The position numbers were made by a program, and so were the translations under genes. The notes under the pieces were generated by a model. The model did no database searches and was not told the origin of the DNA. It was given only the letters and a program-made list of their open reading frames with translations. Positions 12,299 to 24,820 of a stretch of DNA of 64,000 nucleotides are shown piece after piece. The DNA is from Eledone cirrhosa. Its lineage: Eukaryota. The DNA is taken from positions 2,852,001-2,916,000 of the forward strand of contig OZ024754.1 of assembly GCA_964016885.1 (NCBI GenBank), given 5' to 3'. How positions within the stretch are numbered: the stretch's first letter is position 1; every line of letters starts with the position of its first letter.

Positions 12299-12855
12299 CG
12301 ATAGAATTAATTAATTATTATTAATAATGGTATATCGTGCAATGGCCATGCTCGATAACAAGGTGGCAGCCATCATATATGCATATATATATATGTATAT
12401 ATGTATATATATATATATGTATATATGTATATATATATATATGTATATACAAGCAGGCTATATTTACAGTGTGTGCTATCATTTAAGATATAGTCTAGAG
12501 AATTCTACTCAGACACCGGTGTTATGTGAAGACAGGCCAAGGTGTAAAAGACAGTTTTATTTCTAAGAACAACAGAATAATTCACCTGATGTAAAAGGAT
12601 CTAAATGCATTTCAGCATGTATAGACGTGTATATATATATATACACACATATGTATGTGTGTGTGTGTAGTAGGTGGAAATGTATATATATGTAAGTAGG
12701 TATGTATGTGTATATGTATATATATATATATGTTTGAACATATGTATGTAAGTGCGTATGTATGTATGCATATATATATGTATCTATGTAGATATGTATG
12801 TATGAATATATGCACGTGTATGCATATATATATATGTATGTATATACATATATAC

Positions 12856-12886
<31 letters not shown>

Positions 12887-13029
12887 TGTGAGGGAGTGTT
12901 TATGTCAATATATACAATTACACAAACAATTTAATTTGCTTAATCACGTGGTATTTATGCAAACACATGTTTGACATTTAATTTATAAGGATTTGAAAAG
13001 GTGATCCCCTTTACATATATATATATATA

Positions 13030-13073
<44 letters not shown>

Positions 13074-13344
13074 TGTATGTAGACACCCCGTCTCCCTCTC
13101 CCCACTCCACCCGCCACCACCCCTACACACCCCACCTCCTTCCACCACCTGTTTACCCCCCTTTTAATTTCAGTTTATTTTGATCATGCCTTTATTTTTA
13201 AATTTATCTCATTCCTTGTATTTTGATCATGCTTTATTTTTATTTTTATCTTTATTTTTTATTTTTTCATTCGCACCGTTTCCTTTCGCTATGTCTCTCC
13301 ACCACTCCCCTACACACCCTTTGAACTCTGTTCCCACACACTTC

Positions 13345-13450
13345 TCACCTGAGGAAGGGCTTATGCCCGAAACGTCGTCCCCCACCAACACCCCACTCTC
13401 CAGAGCGTGAAATTAATAAACATTCGTTGTACTGCCTCTCTGTTTTGTCC
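13345..13450 (+). mobile_element. Penelope-like pLTR fragment with a minimal hammerhead-like core
   Basis: CTGAGGA a gggc ttat gccc GAA ACGT C, then aataaa downstream. Stem I is weak. Confidence 0.55.
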
Positions 13451-13468
13451 CTGTTCAAATTTTTCCAT

Positions 13469-13505
<37 letters not shown>

Positions 13506-13520
13506 ATATATATATATGCA

Positions 13521-13556
<36 letters not shown>

Positions 13557-13584
13557 CATATTTATATATATATATATACGTATA

Positions 13585-13659
<75 letters not shown>

Positions 13660-13973
13660 GCTTATTATACACACATATATGTATACATATGTATACACAC
13701 ATATATTGTATACATGACCACGTCCTTATTTTTCGGCATCAGTCAATGTCTGCCCCTCTCCCCCTTCCCCCTATCTCTCCCTCTCTCCCTCTCCCTCTCT
13801 ATATCTCTATCCCTCTATCTCTCCCTCTCCCTCTCTATATCTCTATCCCCCTCTCTCTCTCTCTGCTGGAACCTACCAACAGTACCAATATTATACTTCT
13901 ACAGACCTACTGTTTGTTACATTATTTATTTATTCATCTTATTCTGTGTGACCTGAATTGGTCATTTTCTCTC

Positions 13974-14004
<31 letters not shown>

Positions 14005-14238
14005 TTCATTCATTCTCTCTCCCCTCCCCTCTTTCTCTCTATCTCTCTCTCTCCCCATCTCTCCCTCCCCCTCCCTTTCTTTCATTCATTCTCTATCTGC
14101 CCCTCTCTCCCCTTCCCCCTCTCTCCCTCCCCCTCTCTATCACTCCATTTCTCTCCCTTTCTCACTCTGTATCTAACCCTTTCTCTTTCTCTCTCCCTAT
14201 ATATTTTTCTTTCTATAACTCATTCTATTTCTGCATCT

Positions 14239-14293
<55 letters not shown>

Positions 14294-14491
14294 CTCTTCT
14301 TCTCCCTCGCTCACCTCTCCCACAAAAAATGCTCTCCTTAATTCACGTCCGATCTAAACCTTAGTATTTTATCGAGACTGCTTAAAAATAGTCAGAAATA
14401 TATTTTTATATAATATACACCACTGTTGCTGTAGCTTCGGATAAGTTATAAATTGAAAGAAATGTGTAGTTGTTGGTCGATAGATAGAAAA

Positions 14492-14704
14492 GTAGGTGGG
14501 TAGGTAGGTAGGTATGTAGGTAGGTAGATAGATAGGTGGATAGGTAGGTAGGTAGGTAGGTAGGTAGGTAGGTAGGTAGGTAGGTAGGTAGGTAGGTAGG
14601 TAGGTAGGTAGGTAGGTAGGTAGGTAGGTAGGTAGGTAGGTAGGTAGGTAGGTAGGTAGGTGGATAGGTAGGTAGGTAGGTAGATAGGTGGATAGGTAGG
14701 TAGG

Positions 14705-14735
<31 letters not shown>

Positions 14736-14802
14736 GTGGATAGGTAGGTAGGTAGGTAGGTAGGTAGGTAGGTAGGTAGGTAGGTAGGTAGGTAGGTGGG
14801 TA
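14492..14802. repeat. (TAGG)n/(TAGA)n tetranucleotide tract
   Basis: Direct reading. Confidence 0.97.
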
Positions 14803-14947
14803 GCTTTCATACATCTGAGACTGCGAGACAATTCCCTTCATCAGTTGTCGACTGAAGATCACAAAGATTTCGGCAGCTTCCGAAATGTATGTGTAAGTGT
14901 GTACTTGATCGTTTGGGAAATCATTAATAATAATAATGATGATTTAC

Positions 14948-15080
<133 letters not shown>

Positions 15081-15332
15081 TATGTGTATATGTGTGTGGA
15101 ATATAAATTTAAAACGAGGCTTATTAGAATAAAGTTGAAAGACAAGTATCATGACACACAAACTATCTATAATTATATACACGTATGTATGTGTGTGTAT
15201 TTATGTATGTATTTGTGTATATATGTGTGTATGTGTATGTGTATGAATATATTTATGTATGTAGTGTGCGGTGTATATATGTATGTATGTGTCTATGTAC
15301 GTATGTATGTATGTGTCTACATATGTATATAT

Positions 15333-15663
15333 ATAATATATAAGATCAAAAGATGGTTAAAAGAGTTCCATGTATTTTATTATGCGCATTTCAAAAACAA
15401 ATATCATCATGCGATGACATTTGCGTTTTCGTCAGATTAAATAGGGAGACATGATATGAAGGTTAAAAAACACTTGTGAATAGTGCAGTTTTAAATCAAC
15501 ATATCGAAATTTGTTTTTGAAATGCGCATAATAAAATACATGGAACTCTTTTCACCATCTTTTGATCTTATATATTATTTATACTCCAGTCCTACAAACT
15601 GTTGAGTGCTACTTATCCGATATCTGCATTGCTTTATTGTACTACAATAAAACTCACCTCCTA
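15333..15663. mobile_element. Penelope-like mini-element with a 70-bp inverted repeat and tail
   Basis: Arms 15333-15402 and 15509-15578 differ at one position. Tail contains ttgagtgc. Confidence 0.75.
15373..15443 (-). ncRNA. Type I hammerhead ribozyme with intact core and long stem II
   Basis: tatttaat CTGACGA aaacgcaaatgtcatc-gcat-gatgatatttgttttt GAA ATGCGCAT A ataaaata. Stem I pairs 7/8, stem II ~15 bp, stem III is palindromic, cleavage triplet AUA. Confidence 0.7.
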
Positions 15664-16087
15664 CATATGTATATATATATATATATGTCTGTATGTGTAT
15701 CTGTATGAACATATTTATGTATGTAGTGTGCGGTGTGTGTATATATGTATGTATGTGTCTGTGTCTATGTATGTGTCTGTGTATGTATGAGAGACCTTTC
15801 CTGTGTGATTCAACTCTTCCTTCGCCTAATATTTCTATTCAACTGAAATAAGCTACATCCGGTTTTTTAAATGTACAGGAAACAAGATATTATTGTAAGA
15901 AGATAATCTGGTTTGTAAAGAGAGATGATTGGGAAGGTAAGATATTCAAAACTATACCATTTAGCTATGGCATAGTCATTTATCTATAGCCCCTGTCTTT
16001 GGGGTTACGGGGTAACGTGATTGGGTTGTAGGTAACAAGATTGGTACATGTCTAGCGAGATTGTGTCACATATAGGATTGCGAGGTA

Positions 16088-16266
16088 GATGAAGAAAGAT
16101 CTGGTCAGAGTTGGTGAGAACTGATCTTCAAATCGCTGAGACTCACAGAGGAGATGACGAATGAATGCGACGAATGGAGAGATGCTGTGTTGATAAGGAC
16201 CCGTCTAACCCATGCAAGAGTGGAAAAGCGAACGTAAAAACGATGATGATGATGATGATGATGATA
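16088..16266 (+). mobile_element. RTE-like LINE 3' end with (GAT)n tail
   Basis: Degraded KIWSELVRTDL-like C-terminus followed by acccatgcaagagtggaaaagcgaacgtaaaaac(gat)n. Confidence 0.5.
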
Positions 16267-16288
16267 GCGATGTTGAGACGAATATAGG

Positions 16289-16600
16289 GAGATTGAGGCG
16301 CGTGTAACATGACTAGGCTACTATTAGCGAGACTGCACCACATGTAGCGAGATTGAGACACGTGTGGCATGACTAGGCTACATCTAGCGAGACTGCGCCA
16401 CATGTAGTGAGATTGAGACTCGTGTGGTATGACTGGGCTATATCAAGCGAGACTGCGTCACATGTAACGAGATTGAGACGCGTGTGGCATGACTAGGCTA
16501 CATCTAGCGAGACTGCGCCACATGTAGTGAGATTGAGACACGTGTGGCATGACAAGGCTACATACATCTAGCGAGAATGCGCCACATGTAACGAGATTAG
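16289..16600. repeat. 60-bp minisatellite, ~5 copies
   Basis: Unit catctagcgagactgcgccacatgtagtgagattgagacacgtgtggcatgactaggcta. Confidence 0.93.
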
Positions 16601-16831
16601 CTTATGTGTAAAGGATTTCGCTATCTATATTTTTAATTTGGGCTATTTGTTAAGTATTAATTACTTTTAATTACTGTAGGCACGAGTCGACCCATGCATT
16701 GGGAGCGAAATTAGGGAGACCGTCAACTTGAATGTACCTGTAATTCGAAAGGGCCAACATTATCATACTCTGCGTCTCGCTGAATCTATCTAAAAATAAC
16801 GTTAAAGATTCACGTGTCCGACATTTTAACA

Positions 16832-16998
16832 ATTCCACCAATTCACCGGCTGAAGATTAGTAATTTATTTATCAACGTTGGAACGATGAAAGGTAAAGTC
16901 GACTTCGATAGGATTTGAACACAGAACGCAAAGAACCGAAACAAAGGTACCAAAAGTACTAATCAGATGATCTATCAACTCTGCCAATTCGCCGCCAT
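16832..16998 (-). mobile_element. SINE family 1, old diverged copy
   Basis: gatgaaaggtaaagtcgacttcgataggatttgaac...ctgccaattcgccgcc. Confidence 0.65.
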
Positions 16999-17562
16999 TT
17001 GAAATAGAGGCGGGGTGAATTTCCATTGCAGTTTTTCTATTTATGTTTTATATAAATACATATATCTCTTTCATCTTATTACACGCACCTGTTGAGTGTT
17101 TTCTATTGGTCAATTAAGGTCAAAGAGCCGTAGAGTGCGATTTAACCTCAATATTATTCTTGCCCTTAAAATTACTTGATCAGGTTAGATTCAATTGAAA
17201 CTTCGAATATGTCAACAGCAACATACCAACACCCCCTTTTCACGCTTCACTTAGATTCTTAATTAGGTAACTTCAAAGTCACTGAGATAGAAGCGGAAGT
17301 TAGATCTTTTTCATTGATTCTTTTTTAGAGTAAACTCGGGTTGCCTCTCATATAAACTTTATCATACGGTGAAATGAATTATTTGTGAGGTTCGTGCTCT
17401 TTTCAAGGACGTAAGCGGCAGTGGTAACAAAGCAGCTACCTTCACTTAAAACCGAAATGATTTTACATGTAACACTTGCTTAGTCAATTTAGCTATAAAT
17501 AAGTAATGTGTGTTAGATGTCTGCTGTTTATAAGAAGCTTGATCTGATGTGTTCCTGTATAG

Positions 17563-17725
17563 GTACAGGTATGATTGTCAGGTTAAAGAGTTCACTTAGA
17601 AACCACGCAGATTCGAGTTCAGTTTCCCCTGTGAAGCACTTTAAGCAACTCCTTCAACTCTAGCCTCGAGTTAACCAATGCCTTGCGATTAAATTTGGTG
17701 AATAAGAGCAGTGCAGAAGTTCGTC

Positions 17726-17730
<5 letters not shown>
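17563..17730 (+). mobile_element. tRNA-derived SINE family 2, diverged
   Basis: B-box-like gagttcagtttcccc and body ctagcctcgagttaaccaatgccttgcga...atttggt...agaagttcgtcgta running into a TA tract. Confidence 0.55.
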
Positions 17731-17814
<84 letters not shown>

Positions 17815-17891
17815 TAAATTCTATAAGTTGATAATACAACAGTAAGGCATTCATATATATATATATAACAACAGTAACTTGACGCTACAAT

Positions 17892-17931
<40 letters not shown>

Positions 17932-17939
<8 letters not shown>

Positions 17940-18072
17940 AATGGCTTCTACAAGACTAGAACTGTTTCGTTGGGGAGAAATCATCAGGAAGCCGACTGTC
18001 ACTTAAATATTTATACTCTGCTATGTATTGAGTACCTTACTTACTGTGGTTACCCCTGATTGAACCTGGGAT
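17932..18072. mobile_element. Family B mini-element: inverted hammerhead joined to tail
   Basis: Homologous to 47001-47184; lies within (TA)n. Confidence 0.75.
17943..17993 (-). ncRNA. Type I hammerhead ribozyme (family B)
   Basis: ggcttc CTGATGA tttctccccaac GAA ACAG ttctagtc TTGT A gaagcc. Stem I is 6 bp, stem III is 4 bp, stem II is weak. Confidence 0.6.
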
Positions 18073-18095
18073 AAACATATATATATATATATATA

Positions 18096-19095
18096 TAGTG
18101 GTGGACTAGCCAGGTTGCTAGGTTGCCCAATGACAAGTGTGCCCCAGGGAGCTCACGGTAGCATCGCAAGGACCCACAGTAGCATTGTAGGGCCCACTGT
18201 AGTATTTTAGGGACCAATGCTTTGCTTTTAAAAAATACCTGAAATCTAGGAGAAAGAATAACATTTTTTTTTAAATAAATAAAACAATTAAGCAAAACAT
18301 TTGGTCAACCAATTCCTCAGGGAATTACTAGAAACTAAAATGTAGGATAGTGCAAATAGCTGGAATCAGTGGTTGTACATTCTACAAAACGAGGATGTAG
18401 TTTATGGAACACCCAAGTGATTTAGAAGTCGACCTTAAGTAGGAACAATAACATTAAGAAAGACATGAACGACACCACAACACTTTGTTTTGAAAATTTT
18501 GAAAGTAGGTTTATAAGTATGAATTTTCATAAGACTTTCGTAGTTGTCTCAGTGGACTAGCGGTAAGTACTAGAGACGGTGGAGATCCTGGTCTGGGGTT
18601 CAATCCTGATTAAGAAGTACATGTAATCTTTTTCAGTTTTTATTTTACAACCAATAGAAAAAAACTGAAAAGGTTTACCGAGAACCCTACTCCCGAGCAT
18701 GACCGAACTTCCGACCAGTCTTACCACCATCTATGTCTCCTCCAACTAGGCCACCGAGACAACTACAAAAGTATGATGAAAATTGATAATTATAACCCTA
18801 CTATCAAAATCAAAGTTTAAAAGATGTGCTGTCGCTCATGGCTTTCCTAGAGTTATTAGTAATATTTAGGGCCGACTTCTGGTCATTATTGAAAGTCTCT
18901 GGATTTCGCAAAATACATAATATTTTAATAGTTAAGATATTTTTCAGCAAAAATTTGATTGCACTGTTTTGTTGCCAATTATGTATTTTTTGAAAATGTT
19001 ATTTATTCATTTTAAAAATTAAATGAAAGCATTCTATATGTAGGTGGGCCCCCTTCATCTCCTGGCGACCAATACTTTTAGACCCAGCCCGCCAC

Positions 19096-19096
<1 letters not shown>
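18096..19096. mobile_element. ~1-kb non-autonomous hAT-like DNA transposon
   Basis: Ends agtggtggactag / ccagcccgccac. The second copy ends ccagtccgccactg, giving a TIR consensus CAGTGGCGGACTGG. No ORF. Confidence 0.6.
18424..18880. mobile_element. Internal foldback with ~215-bp diverged arms and two convergent tRNA-like units
   Basis: agaagtcgacc...ttttcagttttt / aaaaactgaaaa...ggccgacttct. Units at 18546-18616 (+) and 18690-18760 (-) have A- and B-box-like motifs. Confidence 0.7.
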
Positions 19097-19157
<61 letters not shown>

Positions 19158-19439
19158 TTATAAAAAGAGGAAAGCAAGAACGACAGTAAAATTTCTTTCA
19201 TCAGTTGTCTGCTGGGGGCCTCGGAGATTTCAAAGCATTAAAGACAATATGTCTCACCCCAGGGCGTCAATAACTCAAGGAAGTTATTGGTAAAAAAAAG
19301 GGAAAGAAAGAAAAAAATAGTAACAGAAGGGAAGAGGGAAGAAAAAAGAATAAACAGCGAAAAAAACGGGAAGCAACGAACCCGAAGAGAGAAACCCGAA
19401 GCACATGTGTGTATGTATATATATATATATATATATATA

Positions 19440-19591
19440 TAGGAAAAAGTAGGACCCCGACGGCTGAGCTCACGCCGTTACTATTCCCTTCTGTTACTAT
19501 TCTGTTATTTGTTCCTATTACCCACTCTACTACCCTAAGTATTGAGTACTTTGGTGCGTTATGGTCCATCTGGTTCCTTACCACATCTCCG

Positions 19592-19593
<2 letters not shown>
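19440..19593 (+). mobile_element. Family C mini-element, internally deleted
   Basis: aggaccccgacggctgagctc plus tail attgagtactttggtgcgttatggtcc. Homologous to 46594, 57580 and 58780. Confidence 0.75.
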
Positions 19594-19628
<35 letters not shown>

Positions 19629-20065
19629 AACAGTAGTAAAGGGATAAACAACACAGGGAAAGGGCACAGTACAATGAAGTTATATATTAATTTAACATAG
19701 TAGGAAAAGAGACTTAACATTTCGACATTACTGGGGCAGTGACACAAGAAAAACTACAACAACAACAACAACAACTTCACCAAACAATAATGATGGAATC
19801 ATCAAGGCCAACAATAAATAAGAAGTATTTACTGTTAGTTGACCAACGAACCATAGAAGTATGGGGAGGATGGGAGGGGGGTCAGTACTGTTGACAGATC
19901 ACACATGTTGCTATTGGTAAAGCTGTCAACGACATGTCCGACCTAGATGACTGTGTGGTGAAGAATGTAGGACTAGAAAGGGGGGGGGTCGAGGTGGAAG
20001 GAAGGAAGGAGCCCTAAATTTCTGCACAATAACTTGCCATATTACCTCCCATCATTCATCACTCA

Positions 20066-20124
<59 letters not shown>

Positions 20125-20192
20125 TAAAAGGTAAAATTAGAATTTTATTTCTCGCCCTAGCACAGCTGATACATAAATGTAGTATGCACACG

Positions 20193-20256
<64 letters not shown>

Positions 20257-20337
20257 TATTAAGTTGTTAAACAATATTCGATGATTACCTTGATTAAATC
20301 TTAACCATTTAACATCTCAGGGTATGTCATGTATCAT

Positions 20338-20396
20338 TATATTTTGTCTGATGAGGACGTACTGTTGTACATCCGAAATATGTATAATAAAATGTA
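20338..20396 (+). ncRNA. Type I hammerhead ribozyme with intact core
   Basis: tatattttgt CTGATGA ggacgtac-tgtt-gtacatcc GAA ATATGTAT A ataaaatgta. Stem I is 10 bp with 2 G-U pairs, stem II pairs 7/8, stem III is quasi-palindromic. Confidence 0.75.
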
Positions 20397-20438
20397 ATTG
20401 ATCAAAAGAACATCTATTTTATTAATACTTATATTTTA

Positions 20439-20470
<32 letters not shown>

Positions 20471-20776
20471 GTGCGTGTGTACATATATATATATATATGT
20501 ATATGTGCGTGTGTCGGTGGGTGTGTGTACGTATGCATACTTACACTGATATTAAAAGGGGCTAGACATACATACAGTAAGAAGAGTGAAATGCACCGAT
20601 ATTTCTAGGTTGAGGATGTTGCCCGTAAATGTTCCCTTTTCACATCTGTTGAGCAGCTGCCCCCCTCAACAGTACAGGAATTTGGGGAGTTTTGTCACAC
20701 ATACACAGACACCACACTCACATACATACATACACATACGCACACTCGCAAACACACTCACATATGCATACACACT

Positions 20777-20811
<35 letters not shown>

Positions 20812-21065
20812 GAATATGTGTATGTATGTGTTTATTACACAAATTTCCTCTTCCGTATTGCCCTCTATTCATAAAACATACACATGTGCTCCCTCTTTCT
20901 CTCTTTATCCCTCTCTCGCTCTCTCTTTCTCTCTCTCTCTCTCTCTGTCCTTCTCTGTCTCTCTCTCTACCACTCTATCTATCTATCTCTCTACTATATT
21001 CTCTCTGTCTCTTTATACTTTTCTCTCTCTCTCTCTCTTCCGCTCACTGAATCCATCTCTCTCCC

Positions 21066-21107
<42 letters not shown>

Positions 21108-21628
21108 ACTCTCTTGTACCTTTTGTTACCTTTCTTGCTCTGACTTCCACAATTCTCTTCTCTCCATCGTCTCCTTTACCCAGACCCCACCCCCACCCCC
21201 ACCCTCCCAACACCCCACATCCCACTACACGCTACTTTCTGAACCAATCCTTCTCCCACCATCCACCCCCACTACATCCACTAATACCACCCCACCACCT
21301 AAACTACCACCGCCACCATCATCAAATACAGCAATCATACAGTGTTACTGAAACACCAGACTGGTGAAGGATATATAGGGTTATTAGAGGGATATCATCG
21401 GCCCTTCATGCAATAACACTTTAAGTGAAAGGAGTGATATACCTGTAATAATTTTGGTCATTTATAACAAAAGGGGGTTGATAAAGAACCTTGATAAGCA
21501 GAAACCTTCTTGTATCTGGACAAGGTTTGTCCCTAGAGATGAAATCACCAAAGCGACATCTTCGTACAAATATGGCAGAAAACTGATGTAAACAAAGAGA
21601 TGTGAGCATAATCGGAAACAGATGTATA

Positions 21629-23008
21629 GTGACCATGACCTTGACATTATCCACTACAAGTAGCGACCATGACCTTGACATTATCAACTAAAAATAGTGA
21701 CCATGACCTTGTCATTATCAACAACAGGAGTGACCATGACTGTCATTATCAACTACAGGAGTGACCATGACCTTGTCATTATCAACTACGGGAGTGACCA
21801 TGACTTTGTCATTATCAACTACAGGAGTGACCATGACCTTGACATTATCAACTAAAAGTAGTGACCATGACCTTGTCATCAACAACAGGAGTGATCATGA
21901 CCTTGTCATTATCAACTACAGGAGTGACCATGACTTTGTCATTATCAACTACAGGAGTGACCATGACCTTGTCATTATCAACTACAGGAGTGACCATGAC
22001 CTTGTCGTTATCAACAACAGGAGTGACCATGACCTTGTCATTATCAACTACAGGAGTGACCATGACCTTGTCATTATCAACTACAGGAGTGACCATGACC
22101 TTGTCGTTATCAACTACAGGAGTGACCATGACCTTGTGATTATCAACTACAGGAGTGACCATGACCTTGTCATTATCAACTACAGGAGTGACCATGACCT
22201 TGTCATTATCAACTACAGGAGTGACCATGACCTTGTCATTATCAACAACAGGAGTGACCATGACCTTGTCATTATCAACTACAGGAGTGACCATGACCTT
22301 GTCGTTATCAACTACAGGAGTGACCATGACCTTGTGATTATCAACTACAGGAGTGACCATGACCTTGTCATTATCAACTACAGGAGTGACCATGACTTTG
22401 TCATTATCAACTACAGGAGTGACCATGACCTTGTCATTATCAACTACAGGAGTGACCATGACCTTGTCATTATCAACTACAGGAGTGACCATGACCTTGT
22501 CATTATCAACAACAGGAGTGACCATGACTTTGTCATTATCAACTACAGGAGTGACCATGACCTTGTCATTATCAATTACAGGAGTGACCATGACCTTGTC
22601 ATTATCAACTACAGGAGTTACCATTACCTTGTCATTATCAACAGGAGTGACCATGACCTTGTCATTATCAACTACAGGAGTGACCATGACCTTGTCGTTA
22701 TCAACAACAGGAGTGACCATGACCTTGTCATTATCAACTACAGGAGTGACCATGACCTTGTCATTATCAACTACAGGAGTGACCATGACCTTGTCATTAT
22801 CAACAACAGGAGTGACCATGACCTTGTCATTATCAACTACAGGAGTGACCATGACCTTGTCCTTATCAACTACAGGAGTGACCATGACCTTGTCATTATC
22901 AACTACAGGAGTGACCATGATCTTGTCATTATCAACTACAGGAGTGACCATGACCTTGTCGTTATCAACTACAGGAGTGACCATGACCTTGTCGTTATCA
23001 ACAACAGG
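21629..23008. repeat. 33-bp minisatellite, ~42 copies
   Basis: Unit ggagtgaccatgaccttgtcattatcaactaca; produces the 11-aa repeat ORFs on both strands. Confidence 0.97.
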
Positions 23009-23037
23009 ATGCGCATGACGAGAATTAACAACCCCCC

Positions 23038-23072
<35 letters not shown>

Positions 23073-23434
23073 ACACACACACACACAAAGAAAAAAGAAA
23101 GAAACCAGCCGATTGTTAAGAAGTCTAAAGAGTGAAGAACTAAATACAAGATAAATAAGGAAGTTAAATAAGAAATGAGCCAAGAAAATCAAAGATGGTT
23201 GGCTGGACCACGGGAAGACATCGAGCACTGTCTTTGCTGAAACAACAAAGGAAAGACATTTCAAATGGTAAAATATCTCAAGAAAGAACAGAAACCAGAG
23301 GTAAACATCAAGGGAAAAAAATGGAAAAACAAACTTTAGTCAAATATAAAATGAAAAGAAATTATAAACCCAGGCATTTTTGACGGGTAGTATGTTAGTG
23401 TATATATAATATATGTACACACACACACACGCAC

Positions 23435-23465
<31 letters not shown>

Positions 23466-23567
23466 ATTATATATATATGCAGAGAGAGAGAGACAGGCAG
23501 ATAGATGTGTGTGCGTATGTGTCTATGCACGTGTGTATATGTGTGTGTGTACCTGTGTGTGCGGGTA

Positions 23568-23598
<31 letters not shown>

Positions 23599-24383
23599 GT
23601 GTGCGTGTGTGGGTATGTGTGTGCGTGTATGTGTGTGCATGTGTGTATCTGTGTATGTTTGTATGTACATGTGTGTGTGCGTGTGTATGCGTGTGTGTTT
23701 GTGTGTGTATGTGCATATATGTGCGTGTATATGTATATGTGTATGTGTATGTATGTGTGTGTATGTATGTGTGTGTATGTATGTGTGCGTGCATGTATCT
23801 GTGTGTGTGTATGTGTGTGTATATGTGTGTGCGTGTGTATGTAAGTATGTGTGTGTGTGTGCAAGTGTGAAATCACACGTGTGCACTTAAGTTCCACATA
23901 GTTGTGTATTTTTAAGCAATTTCTCTTTACGCTAACTTAGACCATTCTCAGTTCTCAGAAAGTCTGCTGTTCTCTTCTCCAACACCTGGCACAACATTTC
24001 AAACTATCTTACAGCCTTACTCTTGTTATTGTTAGTTGTTGTTACTGTTGTTGTTGATGTTGTTACTACTGTTGTTGTTGTTACTGTTGTTGTTACTGTT
24101 GTAGTTGTTACTGTTTTTGTTCTTTTTGATGATGTTGATGATGGTGATAATTCTGGTGCTGGAGATTTTGTTGATTATATTTGTGGTGATGGTGGTGTTA
24201 GTGAGGGGTGATCATCGTTGTAGTGGCAGTGATGATTGTGGTGGTGATGTTAGTGAGGGGCCATCATAGTGGTGGTGTGGGTGGGGTTCTTGTTGTTGAA
24301 CCCATAACTACTTGGTTGCGAAACGAACCCCTTAACAACACAGCCATGCTTGAGCCTATTTCTTTCACATTTCTTCATATGAA

Positions 24384-24528
24384 GACCAAGGCTGACCACA
24401 GATGACCACAGATGACCAGGACTGGCCACAGATGACCACTGCTATCCACAGATGACCAAGGCTGACCACAGAGACCACAGATGACCACTGCTGACCACAG
24501 ATGACCAAGGCTGACCACAGAGACCACC
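24384..24528. repeat. 10/20-bp minisatellite (tgaccacaga/tgaccaaggc)
   Basis: Direct reading. Confidence 0.85.
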
Positions 24529-24584
24529 GTGAGATTTCAGAGAGTCAAAACGACTATGGTCATTCTAAAAAAACCGGCCAATTC

Positions 24585-24820
24585 GTCGTCTTACAGGTTC
24601 GCGGTCGTACCCTTGGCACTGGAGACTTCTGGTGTCCTTGGCCCTAGGGCTACCTCCCTATTCACCACCATAGGCATTGAGATGGCCAGTGGAACGCCTT
24701 CTCCATTCTGTCCGCCGGGGCTGTGGGGAGACCAGCACGTGGGACCCCATTTGCTCACCACCCGGAGAGATGGGGAGGGCGAGAGAGATGGAGGTGATGA
24801 CAGTGGGAGTTCGGCTCCAC
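24585..24820 (+). mobile_element. CRE-like (restriction-like endonuclease) non-LTR retrotransposon 3' fragment
   Basis: SYRFAVVPLALETSGVLGPRATSLFTTIG, then NAFSILSAG. The 3' UTR is shared with 35465-35630. Confidence 0.6.

Noticed and set aside
12451-12620. Minus-strand GAA-ATGCAT-T with aataaa and a ctgagtag tail
   Set aside because: Plausible PLE 3' fragment, but single-copy here and lacking the 5' core.
13407-14357. 316-aa ORF and the many other YI/HT/CV/LS-repeat ORFs
   Set aside because: Translations of dinucleotide microsatellites.
14830-14890. ttcatcagttgtc (CTGATGA on minus strand), also at ~19198
   Set aside because: Probably a dispersed repeat fragment, but no matching GAAA/stem III could be folded.
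18546-18760. Functional tRNA genes in the foldback
   Set aside because: A/B boxes are present, but there is no consistent D-arm or anticodon arm and copies differ by indels.
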